Shown here: positions 12,578 to 26,500 of the stretch, piece after piece | How the letters are laid out: every line of letters starts with the position of its first letter | Position numbering within the stretch: position 1 is the stretch's first letter | DNA from: Hydrolagus colliei | Lineage: Eukaryota | NCBI GenBank assembly: GCA_035084275.1 | Contig: CM068745.1 | Coordinates: 82,646,001 to 82,710,000 of the forward strand | Length of the DNA: 64,000 bases | Direction of reading: 5' to 3' | Made by a program: the position numbers and the translations under genes | Notes under the pieces: model-generated | Seen by the model: the letters and a program-made list of their open reading frames with translations, nothing else | What the model was told of the DNA's origin: nothing | Databases searched by the model: none

Positions 12578-15500
12578 TCGCCCCCCCCCCCCCCCCCACC
12601 CCATATTTAATCTTCTACTTTCCGAATTGTATCTTCCATGTTCCACTACAGGTTCAGGTCCACTTTCATCTAAAAAACTCAATGCTCAAATACCTCAAAC
12701 TGATTTGTGAGACTGTGAAGGGAATTCCCGACATCACAGCCTGACTTGACTTCTGACCCGTCGGATCCTGATACAGAGAGTGATCGGGCAATACAAGGCA
12801 TACAAGGCTGTTAAAAAGGCATATGGGATACTAGGCTTTATAAATAGGGGTATAGAGTACAAAAGTCAGGAAGTGCTGACTAACCTCTATAAGACTTTGG
12901 TGAGGCCTCAGCTGGAATACTGTGTTCAATTCTGGTCACCACACTACAGAAAGGATGTGAAGGCATTGGAAAGGGTACAACGAAGATTTACTAGGATGGT
13001 GCCAGGATTGAGGGACTTCAGCTATGAGGAGAGGCTAGATAGGCTAGGGTTATTCTCTCTGGAGCAGAGAAGATTGAGGGGAGATCTAATAGAGGTTTAT
13101 AAGATCATGAGGGGTTTCGACAGGGCAAATAGAGAAAAACTATTTCCACTCGTGGGCGAATCTGTGACTCGTGGTCACAGATTTAAAATAGCTTCAAGGC
13201 GAAGTAGAGGGGAGCTGAGGAGAAATTTTTTCACTCAGCGTGTTGTTCGAATCTAGAATGCATTGCCTGAAAAGGTGGTGGAGGCTGATTCGATAACAAC
13301 TTTTAAAAGGGAATTAGATCTTTATTTAGGGAGAACAGGTCTATTAGGCTATGGGGAGCAGGCAGGGCAGTGGGATTGAATCGCTCTTTTCAAAGAGCCG
13401 GCACAGACTAGATGGGCCGAATGGCCTCCTTTTGTGCCGTAAAATTCTATGAATCTATGAATCTATGAATCTATGAATACATACGCAGCATTTTTACTGT
13501 ACCGTTTTAACTCCCCCCAATTTGGAATTACATTCAGGAAATGAAAAGAGGAATTAAGAGTTTGTTGCGGGGGTTTGCTTGTTGGATTTATCCCCTCATC
13601 ACCTTCATAATGAAGCATCTGGGTTTGAAATTAATAATAAAAAAATTATAATAATAATAATCCTCGGCATTTGATGTAGTGCTTTTCACAAATTATCGAC
13701 GTCGCAAAGCGCTTCACAGAATATACTGTAAAGTGAATTGACTGTATATTTTGTTGGGAGCGAAACGCGGCAGCCAATTGCGCACAGCAACGTCCCCCAC
13801 AAACAGTCGTGGATTGAAATGACCAATTTTTATTATTGTGTTGTTTTTTGTGGGGGACGTATTATTATTATGCGCGTGTGTGTGTGGAGCAAGGAAACTT
13901 GCCCGAGGTTTCGACCTGATCTGCCTGGTTTCAAACCCAGGGCTCACACTTCTAAGGCGAGTGCTCTAACCACTGAGCTACAGGAGCTTCATTCAGCTGT
14001 GCAAGAGCTGTGCAAAAATTACTGTTTATCTCCCAATTTGACTCAATTGATTTTAAAATCCCCAAGCAGTTGGCAACAAGCTGCGATCCGTTAAACAGAA
14101 TGATTTCCTATAGATCATTTACAATGGTTTGGAAATCTGGCCATTTCTAAGCTTATTAACCCAGGTTTTTAAATATAGTTGTTCCAATCAACTCAGTCTT
14201 GTTTCACAACATTGGGTTTTGGAAAAATCTTTTAATTTCTGCATTTGTCACTCACTCAGCCAAACAAAATCAATAGGGAATTTCTGCCAATGCCAGTGCG
14301 TGTGGTGGCTGATGATATTGGAATATTCCCTTTATTGTGCAATCAACCGAGTTGGGGTGAACACTGGCGGCAATACTTTACTCCTGTGTTGAACTTGATA
14401 CCCTGAGCCTCCCACAGTTTCCACCAGCCACACCAGAGTGAAGGAGAGAGATGTGTGTCCCTGTGTTGGACTTCGCATTATCTAACTGGAGCCCTGTAGC
14501 TTCCTGGTTAAGAGTACTCGCCGCCTCGCAAGTGAGAGTGTGACCTGGGTTCGATCCTCGAAAAGGGGCGAAATGTTAGGCAAGTTTCTTTACTCCACAC
14601 GCCTCCGTTTACCTGAGCTAGCAGTAGGTAGGAACATGGTTTCGAAGGCATAGTGAGGTTGGGTTGAGGAGAACGAGGAGGCAGAGAGGACCCCCCCGAT
14701 CACAGATGGACAATATGTCAAAAGGAGCAGTTTCTGTGAGCGCAAATACAGACACAAGTAAAAAAATGGTCTCATCATTGTACCTTCTCATGTACAAGCA
14801 ATGATATTACTGAAGAATATCAATGTTTTACCTAAAGTCCTGGTGTTTAAATATACTTTTCATTGTAATATTAATAATAACTTGGCATTAACATTTTTTC
14901 CTCCAAAATTGCACCCAATTTTTACTGCAACAAAAAGCCACTTGTTATGGGTGTGGATGAGGACTTCAGAGAGAAATAGAGCCAAATCAGACAGCTGAAG
15001 GTTGGAACCCCACCCCCTCTCTACTGCAAACCAGCTGCCTGGTGGGTCATTCCTGTCACCCAGCTCCCGCATAGACTCTTTCAACGAACTCCCAGAAACC
15101 GCTGCTTCCATTTTCGCATCCATTGGTTGCTAAAAAAAAAAAAGGCCTTCTCTGCGTTCAGACCTGTTACTGTACTCGCTCTGAATTATTCATCTCTCCA
15201 GCTGGATGGTGCAATCACACACCTGCCCTGGGGCTTGGGAATCAGATGTTCACTTCTGCTCTCCTGAATGCTGATTCCAAATAAAAGATTCAGATCGACT
15301 GATACGCACATTTCATATAAGGCTGATGCAATCGATGCATTCATACCTTAAACCACTGATGCAGAGCAACGCACAGTTAACGTAGATAAGGGGAACGCAG
15401 TGGATGGTGGTGTATCTGGATTTTCAGATGGCCCTTTGGTAAGATGGATTGAGACACAACAACAAAATTACACATTGTGGGTGGGGGGGCAGAGTCCCAA

Positions 15501-17461
15501 GGCACTGGAAATTAGAAAATCTACAGCTCGTCAGGTTGGCAAGTAGCAGGAAATGTAGTTACGTATGAGTCGGGATTAAGAAACCCAATTCTCCAATATC
15601 ACAATATCTCCAATATCACCCTTCAATTCTTTTTGAAAAAATATCATTGGGTCACTCAGTCCATGGCTGTTTGTAGGACACTTCTGCGCACCATTGGCTG
15701 CTGCTTTTCATCCACAAAATACACGTACGCAGTTAATATACTTTATGGTATATTTCTGTGAAGCACTTTGAGGTGTCACAACGATGTGAATATTTTTCTG
15801 GTACTTCTGAGAATTTGTGGGTCAAGGCTAAACTTGTACGGTAGCAGTCGCTCTGTGACTAGCGCTTGGCAAGCGTGGCTCGAGAGAAATCTGTCCAAAC
15901 CATTGAAAGGAGGAGAAATAAGATATGGTGAGAGTTTTTTTTTTCCCCCAATTTTAGCACTGAGGTCAGCCTGGGTTTTACTCTGTTGCTGGATTGCAAT
16001 TATGTTGGAACAACACAGCAGAGGAAGGAAAAGCGAAAAAAAAAACAGGGATCACTTTACAATCTGGAGCATAGGTCACAGTTTTATTAAGAACTTTTTA
16101 TCCTCCCTCCCTCTCCTCCGCTCCCTCCCCTCCCTCCCTCCCTCCCTCCCCTCCCTCCCCATAAGCCTGGCAGTGGAGCTTGAGAGATTCCATCAGTTGT
16201 CAAGGAATAAACAAATCGGTAATTCATTCTTCAGACGAGAGCCACTCAACGCGTGTGTACTCCATCCGATGCCCAAGGCAGGAAAGCCTTGTAGTATCTC
16301 ATCATTCTGTGAAATACTGTGTTTTTTTCAGGGCTTTTTCAGTGCTCAACCTCTCGCCAACCCTGCCACCAACCCACTCCTCCCACCCCTCCTCCCCACC
16401 TCTCCCCCCTCCTCCCACCCCCACATCTCCTCCCCTTCGCACCCCTCCTCCCCCTCTCACGCCTCCTCCCCACCTCTCCCCCCCTCCTCCCACCTCTCCC
16501 CCCTCCTCTCACCTCTCCCCCCTCCTCCCACCCCCACATCTCCTCCCCCTCGCACCCCTCCTCCCCCTCGCACCCCTCCTCCCCACCTCTCCCCCCTCCT
16601 CCCACCCCCACATCTCCTCCCCCTCGCACCCCTCCTCCCCCTCCCACCCCTCCTCCCCCTCCCACCCCTCCTCCCCCTCCCACCCCTCCTCCCCCTCCCA
16701 CCCCTCCTCCCCACCTCTCCCCCCTCCTCCCACCCCCACATCTCCTCACCCTCTCACCCCTCCTCCCTCCTCCCCCCCATCCCCCGCCCCCTCCCACCTC
16801 TCCTCTCCCCACCAGCCCCCTCCTCCCCCCAACCTCCCCCTCCTCCCCCCCCCATCCCCCCTCACTCCCCACTGCTCAGACATGGCTTTCAATTTCATTA
16901 TTAAATGACTAACATTCGCTGCTTTTCATAACTACCTAAGGGTGGTTACCAATACATTAAGCTAGATTCAATTACATTGAAGACTGAAACTGCCAGTGGG
17001 AACTGTCAATTGGCTCCGCTTATCTTACTCACCCATTTTTTTTTTTGCAGATTTGAAGCTGATGCAAAGAGAAACATAGAGAGAGAGAGGAGCTGAATAT
17101 GCACTTGGAATGAGCATGAAAGCATTATCGGAATAGAGTATCATTTTAAAATGCAGTTCTCTTGCTGATGCAAGTTAGCACATGTCAAATACCAAAATTG
17201 TAGGGCAATAAGCACTCCCACTATGATGTAATAATAAAATAGTAATAATGCTTGCATTTGATACGCGCTTTTCACATCTTATCGACATCTCAAAGCGCTT
17301 CACAGAATATACCGTAAAGTGAATTGACTGTATATATTAGTGGGTGAATCGCGGTAGCCAATTGCGCACAGCAGTGTCCCCCACAAGCAGTCGTGGATTG
17401 AAATGACAAATTTTATTATTGTGGGTTTTTTCGGACGGATTATGATTATTATTATTAGGCA

Positions 17462-17504
<43 letters not shown>

Positions 17505-20500
17505 AGAGAGTAAGGAACCTTGCCCAAGGTTTCGCCCTGTATGAAGGGCACTGGATAAATGCGAGCTGTTGTAATAATACTTACTTGCGTTTTACATTTT
17601 TATGTTTTATACGTTAAGAGGCAGAATATCAAATTTCGCAAAGAGTAATTGTCGAGTCCAGTGAAGGTATTTTCTGTAGGCAAGCAAGGCAGCCGCCCTG
17701 AACACTGCAAGAACCTTCCTTCTCTTTCCAAATCATGACATGGATCTTTAAAGTCCCCCCTGAATGGGTCAGATAGAGAACCAGGTTTTGAGTTTGAGCA
17801 ATGATCATAAGAATGTTCTCAGCTGGTTTGGGATAAACAATGAAGGTTTGCCATAATGCTCAGTAAGTCCGTGTGCCCTGGTTAAGCTTGAACAGGTTAA
17901 CAAATGTCTGGCATGTAGTTTGTACAATGAATCCTCTGCTCCCAGTGTTATTTTAGCCGGCATTCCACCCAAATCTCTAATGGAGACCAATATAAATAGT
18001 AGGTCTGGACCTCAGCAGAGAGATATTCAATGGATCGGATTTCAACAGAGGTATAAATTAAAGGTTTGTGTGTGAGTGCACGTGCAAATATTATAGGAGA
18101 TTAACTCACACTTTAAACCCGTGGCACTAAATTATAGTTTTGAAACATAATTTCCGGTTTCAATTTGAAGTTGAAAGCAAACAGAGGGATGGATGGCATA
18201 TTTTCACTTTCCTCACAATGCCATGAAGCATTTAGTACATTCCTCGGCCCAATCAGTTGTATGAATCTGAATTGTTGTCACTAACAGAAACCTGTATGTT
18301 TCTGACCTTACCTTACGTTAAATGTACTGTTAATCCTGCGACGTGTGTTCTTCCAGACACCTTCCCCGACGTGAAAGGCGCAAACCTTACATTAAATGCA
18401 AGGATTCGTTTATTTGTATTTAACTGAATAGCTTGCATTGTTCTAACAACAACAACAACAACAAATTACATTTATAGAGCGCCTTTCACGTCGGGAGGAC
18501 GTCCCAAGGCGCTGCACAGGAGGCGTGTGACCCGAGCTGGGAGGTGAGTGTTCGGGAAGGGGTGAAACACGAAGGGGAGGTCGAAAAATTCGGGGGGGGA
18601 TCAAAAGGCACGGTCGAAGAGGAAAGTCTTCAAACCGGCCTTGAAAGAGGAAAGGGAAGAAACAAGACGGAGGGAATTGGGGGATGGAATTCCACAGGGT
18701 GGGAGCGGAGAAGCTGAAGCCCGGCCTCCGATGGTGGGGCGGTTCAGGCGGGGGGCTTGGAGCAGGCCAAGTCCTGCTGAACGGAGGGGTCCGGGTGGGC
18801 GTGTAGGAGGAGAGTAAATCGGTTAAATATGGCGGGGCAAGGCCGTGTAAGGCATTGAAAACGAGACAAGGATCTTGAACTCGATCCTCTGGAGGATGGG
18901 GAGCCAGTGGAGACGGGCGAGGGTGGGGGGTTATGTGGTCGCGGAGGCGGGTGCGGGATAGTACACGGGCTGCAGAGTTTTGGATGACCTGCAGCCTGTG
19001 AATGGAGGAACTGGGGAGGCCGACGAGGAGAGAGTTTCCGTAGTCCAGCCGTGAGGTGATGTACGCGTGCACGAGTGTTTCGGCAGCGTGGGGGGTGAGG
19101 TAGTTGTGGAGCCTGGCAATGTTGCGTAGGTGGAAGTAAGCGGTGCCGGTGAAGGCACGGATGTGGGGGAGGAAGGAGAGTTTATGGTCGAACATGATGC
19201 CGAGGTTCCTGATTGGCTTTGTGAGGTGGAGAGTACAGCCTTGGATGTTGAGGCTGGCAGCGCCCGATGTGCGGAGGCGCTGGCTTGAGCCAATCAGGAG
19301 GGCCTCGGTCTTACTCACGTTCAATTGGAGGAAGTTGTCCCTCGTCCAGGACTCGATGTCGGACAGACATGCTGTCAGAACATCGATGGTCTGGGGGTTA
19401 AGGGATGAGGCAGAAAGGTACAGCTGTGTATCATCCGCATACATGTGGAAATTTACCCCATGTTTGCGGATGAACAATCGCCCAGAGGGAGCGTGTAAAT
19501 GGTGAAAAGGAGGGGGCCGAGGACAGAGCCCTGAGGGACGCCGTGAGAAACTGTGCGGGGGTTTGAGGAGAAAACCGTTGGAAGAAACAAAATGTAGGCG
19601 GTGGGTCAGGTAGGAATGGAACCAGTCAAGGACAGTGCCTTGAAGGTTGAGGTGGGAGGAAAGACGTTGGAGGAGGATGGTGTGATCGACTGTGTCGAAC
19701 GCAGCAGACAGGTCAAGGAGGACGAGGAGGCAGAGGGAGCCCTGGTCGCAGGCGGTTAGGATGTCGTTTGTAACCTTGACCAGGGAAGTTTCTGTGCTGT
19801 GAGCAGGGAGGAAACCTGATTGGAGGGGTTTAAGTACTAATTCGAGCATATGTTTAAAAACAAGGCAGGAGAAATAATTTTGCTGCCAATTCTGCAGCTT
19901 GAAGTCGTTTGTTTATAAGAAAAAGGGCAATTCTTGAATAAGTGGGGTTACTTCTTAAATAAACAATTGCTTTTCACACATAACACAAAACACACACCAC
20001 AAAAAAAATGAAATACTTTGTATCGCTGAGAAGTAAGATCGTAATGCCGTCCACGATATATTGAGGCACGTTAATGATTAAAGAGCTAAGATCTGACCTT
20101 CACATGGACATTTTTATGATAGAAATCAAATAACTTCAAATCACCTGGTTTATGGAAGTTGACTGAGAATGGCAGGAAATGCAGTTTTATTTTTCAAAAT
20201 ACCTCCAGCAAATGATACACTCTCAATTGCACTTAAAGTGTATATATCCTGTCAGCGTTTAAACCGTGTGTATTGTATAACCCTTGTGTGAGCAGCAAAA
20301 TAAACGCTTGGTGTTAAGGCAAATAGTTTTTTTTGTTAAAAAGGGTCTCTAAGTGAATTCAAAAGGTTGTTAAATTCCCCCGAGCTGCGAGGCCTTTTGA
20401 TTCAGTTGTGTGATAGCCACTGTGAACCGTTTGTATGCAATCTACTGTTGATTCCAAAACAACATTAAGCACTTGGACAGTTGAGTAGACTCATCCATTT

Positions 20501-23500
20501 CTAGGTGTGCATGCATCCATGGCAACTTCCCACCTCACCTCGCGATCCGAACACGCATATAAAACGTGCAATGAAGTCCCAACTTTAATGAACTCGAGTG
20601 TTTATTTGTGATGGGTACCAGCAGAATATTGCTAAATGCTTTGCCAGCGGAATGAACTGCGGAGTTGTGGACAATTGAGGCATTATCTAGTTTTCGTAAA
20701 TAATTGATCCACTTACACTCCCAATGTTTCCCGAGCTGACGGAGGCAGAGTTAGTCACACTATATACAGGAAATGTTTTGTCTCTTTGCCAAAGCCCTCA
20801 ACACATCATAAGGGCTTTGATTAAGCAGATGGCGTCCAGCAAAGTGTGATTACGTGGATCTACACTTGGAAGTCTAGAATATTGTCGTGACTCGCGCACT
20901 TGTTCTCGCGCACAGTGACTGTCCGCCACGCTGAAAAGTGGATGTTTTTTCTTATCTCATGAGATCGGAATGTCAACCTATGGTGTTGCCGGGCGAACTT
21001 GTTTGTCTGTCGTGTTTTTTTGCCGCTAATGGATTCAACTAATGGCGTGTAAAGGAACTGGGTTTGACCCGGCTCGGGACGTTATATTAAATGCGAGTAC
21101 GGTATTCATTTTTTTAAATTTCCCATCCCGTTATTGTAACAAATCTATACGGTAACCGCACAGAGCATCGTTTACTCAGCTGAAAGGCTGCTTCGTGTGT
21201 TAATAGTTTGCCTTTTTTGAAGTTGTCAGCCTCCGTGGCTGCCAGTTCAGCCCTAGGGAATCTTACTTAACTCCCAGCAGAAAGATATGCAGTATTTGTT
21301 TTTTTACAGATTTGGTATTCATTTTATTTAATCTCAAAAGTACAGGAGGATGATTGTACAAAAGTAATTCAAACCCAGACCTTTCTGGTTTCCAGTATAA
21401 AGTGCTCAAGGACCTGAGTTACCCAGGATTGTTTTTAGTGCATTTTAGTTTAATGTGGAGAACTAATCATTTCACTTTCTTGCTAAAGTATTATATTCAA
21501 AACATTAGAGCACGTATTGTTTGACAATGACATGGGCATATCCACTTTTCCAGTATAAAGACATTTGGAAGAGAATTTTTTTTTACACTTATTATTGACG
21601 TACAATAAGCTAGTTGGAAACCAACAACCTACCCCTCAGCCACAATTGGCTGTTGTACGAAAGGTGAGACCAAACTATTACACTGGTTGGGGTGGTGGTG
21701 GGGTGGGGACAGTGAAGGTTGAAATTGAGCTGGAAGCAAAGAGAGAGGTTGTTCATTTTTAGACGAGAGTTGATCCAGAGCACGGCTCAAAGGACTGTCG
21801 TTCGATGAGAAGCACCGTGGCTAATGTTACAGCGTGATATATCAAAGGATTGACGTCCGTGTCAGATAGGAGTGCGGCTTTTGTCAAACTTGAGATCCCA
21901 ATATTAGTTCAGGTTAAGACCCAGCTTGGATGTTTTCAAATCCCTCCATTCCTCTGTGCATCCCCCGGCCTCCTCTCTCTACAAACCAGCTCCTCTGGGT
22001 CTGGCCTCCTCCATGTCCCCCCGAATCCTCCGCTCCACCCTCGGCGGCCGTGCCTTCAGCCACTAGGCCCCGAGGCTCTGGAACTCCCTTTCTCACTCCC
22101 TTCCCCTCGCCCCCTCTCTTCCCAGTTTCAGGTCACAGCTGAAGACCTTTCTCTTCAACCGCGCCTTTGGTCACCTTTGGACCCCCTGTCCCTGGCTCGG
22201 TCCCGGTATCCGTTATTGTGAAGCGCTCTGAGATGCCGTCCGGTGTGGAGTGAGGGAGGCAAAATAAATCGAACTTGTTGTTGTCGTTAAAACCCTCAAC
22301 TGTCCCAACGCCTTGGGACATCCTCTTGACTTGAAAAAAAACTACTGTATATCAATTCAATTGTGTTTTGTTGTTGATTGTATTAGAGCAGTCTCTTTTG
22401 TACATTAACACACACCCTTAATCTCCCCCTCTTCAAAAACGCTTTGTTTTGAAGGAGATCCATCCTGACATGACTTAATTTTCTTGTCGCTAAAAAAAGA
22501 GCCATGTCTCACACCTGCGTCTCAACTATCCTGTTAATTAATTATACACACAAGATTGCATTGTATTCTAGCTTGAATTAGCGAGAATAAGTGGCCACTC
22601 AGAACACAAAGAATCCATAGGTTTCTACATATCCAGAGTGTCTGATTACCTAGTGTTGGTAACGTTTTTGATCTATAATACAATGATGCGTCTCACCGGT
22701 CAGACTGCCAGCAAAGGAGAGAGGTGTTAATACTCACTCGCTTTATCCTGCTTGGGGCAATCTTATCATTGGAATCAGTTGAAGGAGTTATGAAAGTATT
22801 TTGTTCGGTGTTTTTAAGTCTTGAAACATCTAAAAATAACAATAACAATCCTTGCATTTGATATAGCGGCTTTTCACATCTTATCGACGTCCCAAAGCGT
22901 CGTTTTCTGTATATTCACAGAATATACCGTAACGTTTGAATTGACTGTATATTTGTGGGCGAAACGCGGCAGCCAATTGCGCACTTCCAGTTTCTCTTGA
23001 ATCCCAATCCACGTCATCCATCTTTGGGGAGGAACAAACCTGATACAAATCATACCTCGTTGAAATATTTAGAAACAAGAGTACGTGTGAATGCATAGAG
23101 ACAGATTACATGTAAATGCAAATTATTGTTGTTGTTTAATTAGCTTGAGCAAACACGCTGAGGATGGGGAGGGAAGTTAGGGGAAATAGAGAGCTAGGTG
23201 GGTGGGAGTTAGGGGAGATGGAAAGAGAATATATGTCACATTTCTTCCTCTCCGTCTTCGTAAAGGATTAGCCGTTCCTACAGTGACGTTTATCCAACTT
23301 GTTACCCGACTGTGAGTCAAACTCTCAACCGTTTGACGTACTGTGAGATGTTATGTTCTATGTTTTTTTTCTCTCTCTGTGGTGGTGTGTAACCCGTAGT
23401 TGCTTTCTCTCTCTCTCTCTCTCTTACAGTCATTCCAGACACGCTCAGTGCGACGTCGGTACCTCAGACCCTGAGCAAAGTTGAAGGAGACACTCTGGAG

Positions 23501-26500
23501 CTGCTGTGTGAGGTCTCAAAGCAAACCTTACAGCACACGCACATAGCCGTCTCCTGGTATCTACAGAAGGGAGATCAGAATCTCAAGGTCATCTCTCTGA
23601 CGCGCGATTTCATCCTGCGCCCGGGAGAGGCCTACAGACAGAGGCAGGCAGCGGGTGGCGTCCGACTGGACAAGACCGGAGGCACTTCGTACAAGTTGAC
23701 CATCTACAAACTGCAGCCCTTCGACAAGGGAGAGTTCTTCTGCGAGGCCAGAGAATGGATCCAAGACGTTGACAAGAGCTGGTACACCATAGCTACCAAA
23801 CGCACGGACAAGACGAACGTGAATGTAAAAGCCGTCGGTAAGACATTGTATTAACAACTTTTAAAAGGGAGGTAGACGTTTGTTTGGGGAGGACGGGTTT
23901 GAGCAGTTATGGGGGGGGAGAGAGAGAGAGAGAGAGAGCTGGGGAGTGGGATTGAATTGTTTTTTTCAAAGACTCGATGAGCCAAATGGCCTCCTTTTGT
24001 GCCATAAGATTCTATGATTACGGAGGGAGTAGTTTTTCAGGTCAATACGAGACCTATGTGAATGGATAGAAAATAACACATTGTTTCCTCATACTGTAAT
24101 TTGCCATATAATATGAACGAGCTCACGTATGAAATCCAAACGACTGTACTGTATTGTCACTATGTTATCATCACCTCCAGATTTCTACGGACAATGTCCT
24201 TTTCTCAGTGTAGCCTAATTCTCCAGAAACTCCAGTTTACGTAGTCTTGTACTTTGCACAATATGTCCTTCCCTTCCCCCCCCCCTCCCTTCCCCCCCGC
24301 CCCCCCACTCCCCTCTTCCCCCGCGCCCCAGGCCTCAGCCGGGGCTAGCTACACAAGTCCCACCACCTTCAAGTAGCCTTTGGCTACTTTGCTGCTTCTC
24401 TCTGGAACCTTTCACAAATTAGCTACTCTCGCACCCTTCCCTCCCTCCCTCCCTCCCTCCCTCTACTTAATCTCTTCAATCGTATGCTTTGGTTCATCAT
24501 ATGGCTTCTACCTCTTTTATCTCCCACTCTGTATCTCTGAAAAATACTTTGAAATATTAATACGAAAGTCTTTTATATACAGTATATATATATGTGTGCA
24601 ATTTCTTGTTGCTACTGCAGAGTGGTAGAAAATCGTGAGGCCTTACCCCTAGTATTCCAGTATTATATCTGTAATTAAGTTGTCCCTCTAACCCTCCACC
24701 GCCTTCCAAATCTCTCTAGAGTAAATTCCATTGGATAAAGTAGTGTAACATGAACAATGATGCCATTGAGATGGTCCATGTTATTAACATAAGAAGAACA
24801 TAAGAAGTAGGAGCAGGAGTAGGCCATTCAGTCCATCGAGCCTGCCCCGTCATTCAATCATGGCTGATATTCCATTCTAACTCCAGCTACCTGCCTTATC
24901 CCCACACTCCTTAACCCTTTTATGAATTAGAAATCTATCTATCTCAGTCTTGAATATGTTCAAGGACTGAGCATCAACAGCCCGTTGGGGTAAAGAATTC
25001 CATACATTCACCACCCTCTGAGTGAAGAAGTTTTTTCTCAACTCAGTGTGAAAGGGCTGACCCCTAACTTTAAGACTGTGACCCCTGGTTTTTGGATTCT
25101 CCAACCAGGGGAAACATTCTCCCACTATCTACTTAGTTTGCCCCTTAATAATCTTATAGGTTTCTATAAGATCTCCTCTAATTCTTCTATATTCCAGAGA
25201 ATATAGGCCCAAATTAATCAACCTATCATCACATCTCATCCCCCTATTTAGTTTCTGTGTCGGGAAAGGATTGAACTCTGCTTGTCATGCGAGTTTATGG
25301 AGTGATAACTGTGATAACTGTGCTCCGATTACTAGTGAGTGAAGTGATAATAGTTTAGGATCTTTAAGTGCTCAGTGTGTAATTTTCCTGTACCAAAGAC
25401 CCACCATTCACTGCATGAATTCAGAAGAAGAAAAGCATCTTGATGTCTCTCTTTTCCCCTGGTGAATTAAAAACCCAGTTTTAGGCACTTTCACCGACTG
25501 TGAATTTACTTTCTTTCAGCTTTTATTTTAAAAAAAGGGTATGTTTTTTAACACCTTGTTGTAATGTTTCAGTTGTAAAACTCGGACGACATTATTTTTA
25601 TTGAAAGATTTCTTAATGATGCGAGTTTTCACGCGCGCGGTCTAAAGGTTCGCATTAAGTGTGTTGTGATTGTGATGGGTTTAGCAAGATGCCACATTCG
25701 TAGGAGGAATCCAATCGAATGGAAGCTCACTCGGATTAGTTGGCTATCTCTTTTGCTATTTTCCTTCCCAATCCCCGATTTGTTTCAACCTTACCCACTA
25801 CCCCCAGTTGTCTGTTTCCCCCCCCCCCCCCCCTCCCACCCCCACCCCCTCCCATGTAGATCTTAGCTACTGTTGGGAGTATTGTATCACCCAGTATTGG
25901 AATAATCCCTTCAACTAATACTAATAATAATTCGGTCACTCAATCCATGACTGTGTGTGGGGGACGCTGCTGTGCGCAATTGGCTGCCACGTTTTGCCCA
26001 CAAATATACAGTCAATTCACTTCACAGCCTATTCTGTGAAGCGCTTTGAGAAGACTAGCTGACATGAAAAGGCACTATATCAACTACAAAGATTATTATC
26101 GCTAATATTATTATTGATGGAAGTCCCCACTGGCCTTCCTCCCCCCACCCCCACCCCCATCGAAAATGACAGAGGGCGAAACATCAATATGAGTGCCTCC
26201 ACATGACTCACAGCTTCCTCTCTCTGCCTCATCCACTAATCATATTTTCAGCTGCTGCGTCAGAGTGATGGACTACTGGTGAGAATGCAATCCGTTTAGA
26301 TCCCAGAAGAGAAGTAACAAAATATCTATAAACGATAGTAGGCAGATTTGGACGGCAAGAGTTAGTCCCTGGGGGTGAAAAACCAACAAACATCTGGTTC
26401 GTATTTCTCAGGCTACTGAGCTCCGCGCTTCCATCCTTCTGCACTAAACCGAGCTTTACTTGTCCCCGCAGATAGAGATTTCAGTGCTCAATTGGAAAAC

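Noticed and set aside
15768-16912. Pro-rich and Gly/Arg-rich ORFs of 177-378 aa in several frames
   Set aside because: They read through a C-rich tandem array that lacks stops in any frame; no splice or domain context.
23561-23857. Antisense ORFs over Ig exons (also 26456-26764, 32506-32802, 51146-51376, 59011-59382)
   Set aside because: Expected shadows of GC-rich coding exons; no independent gene signals.
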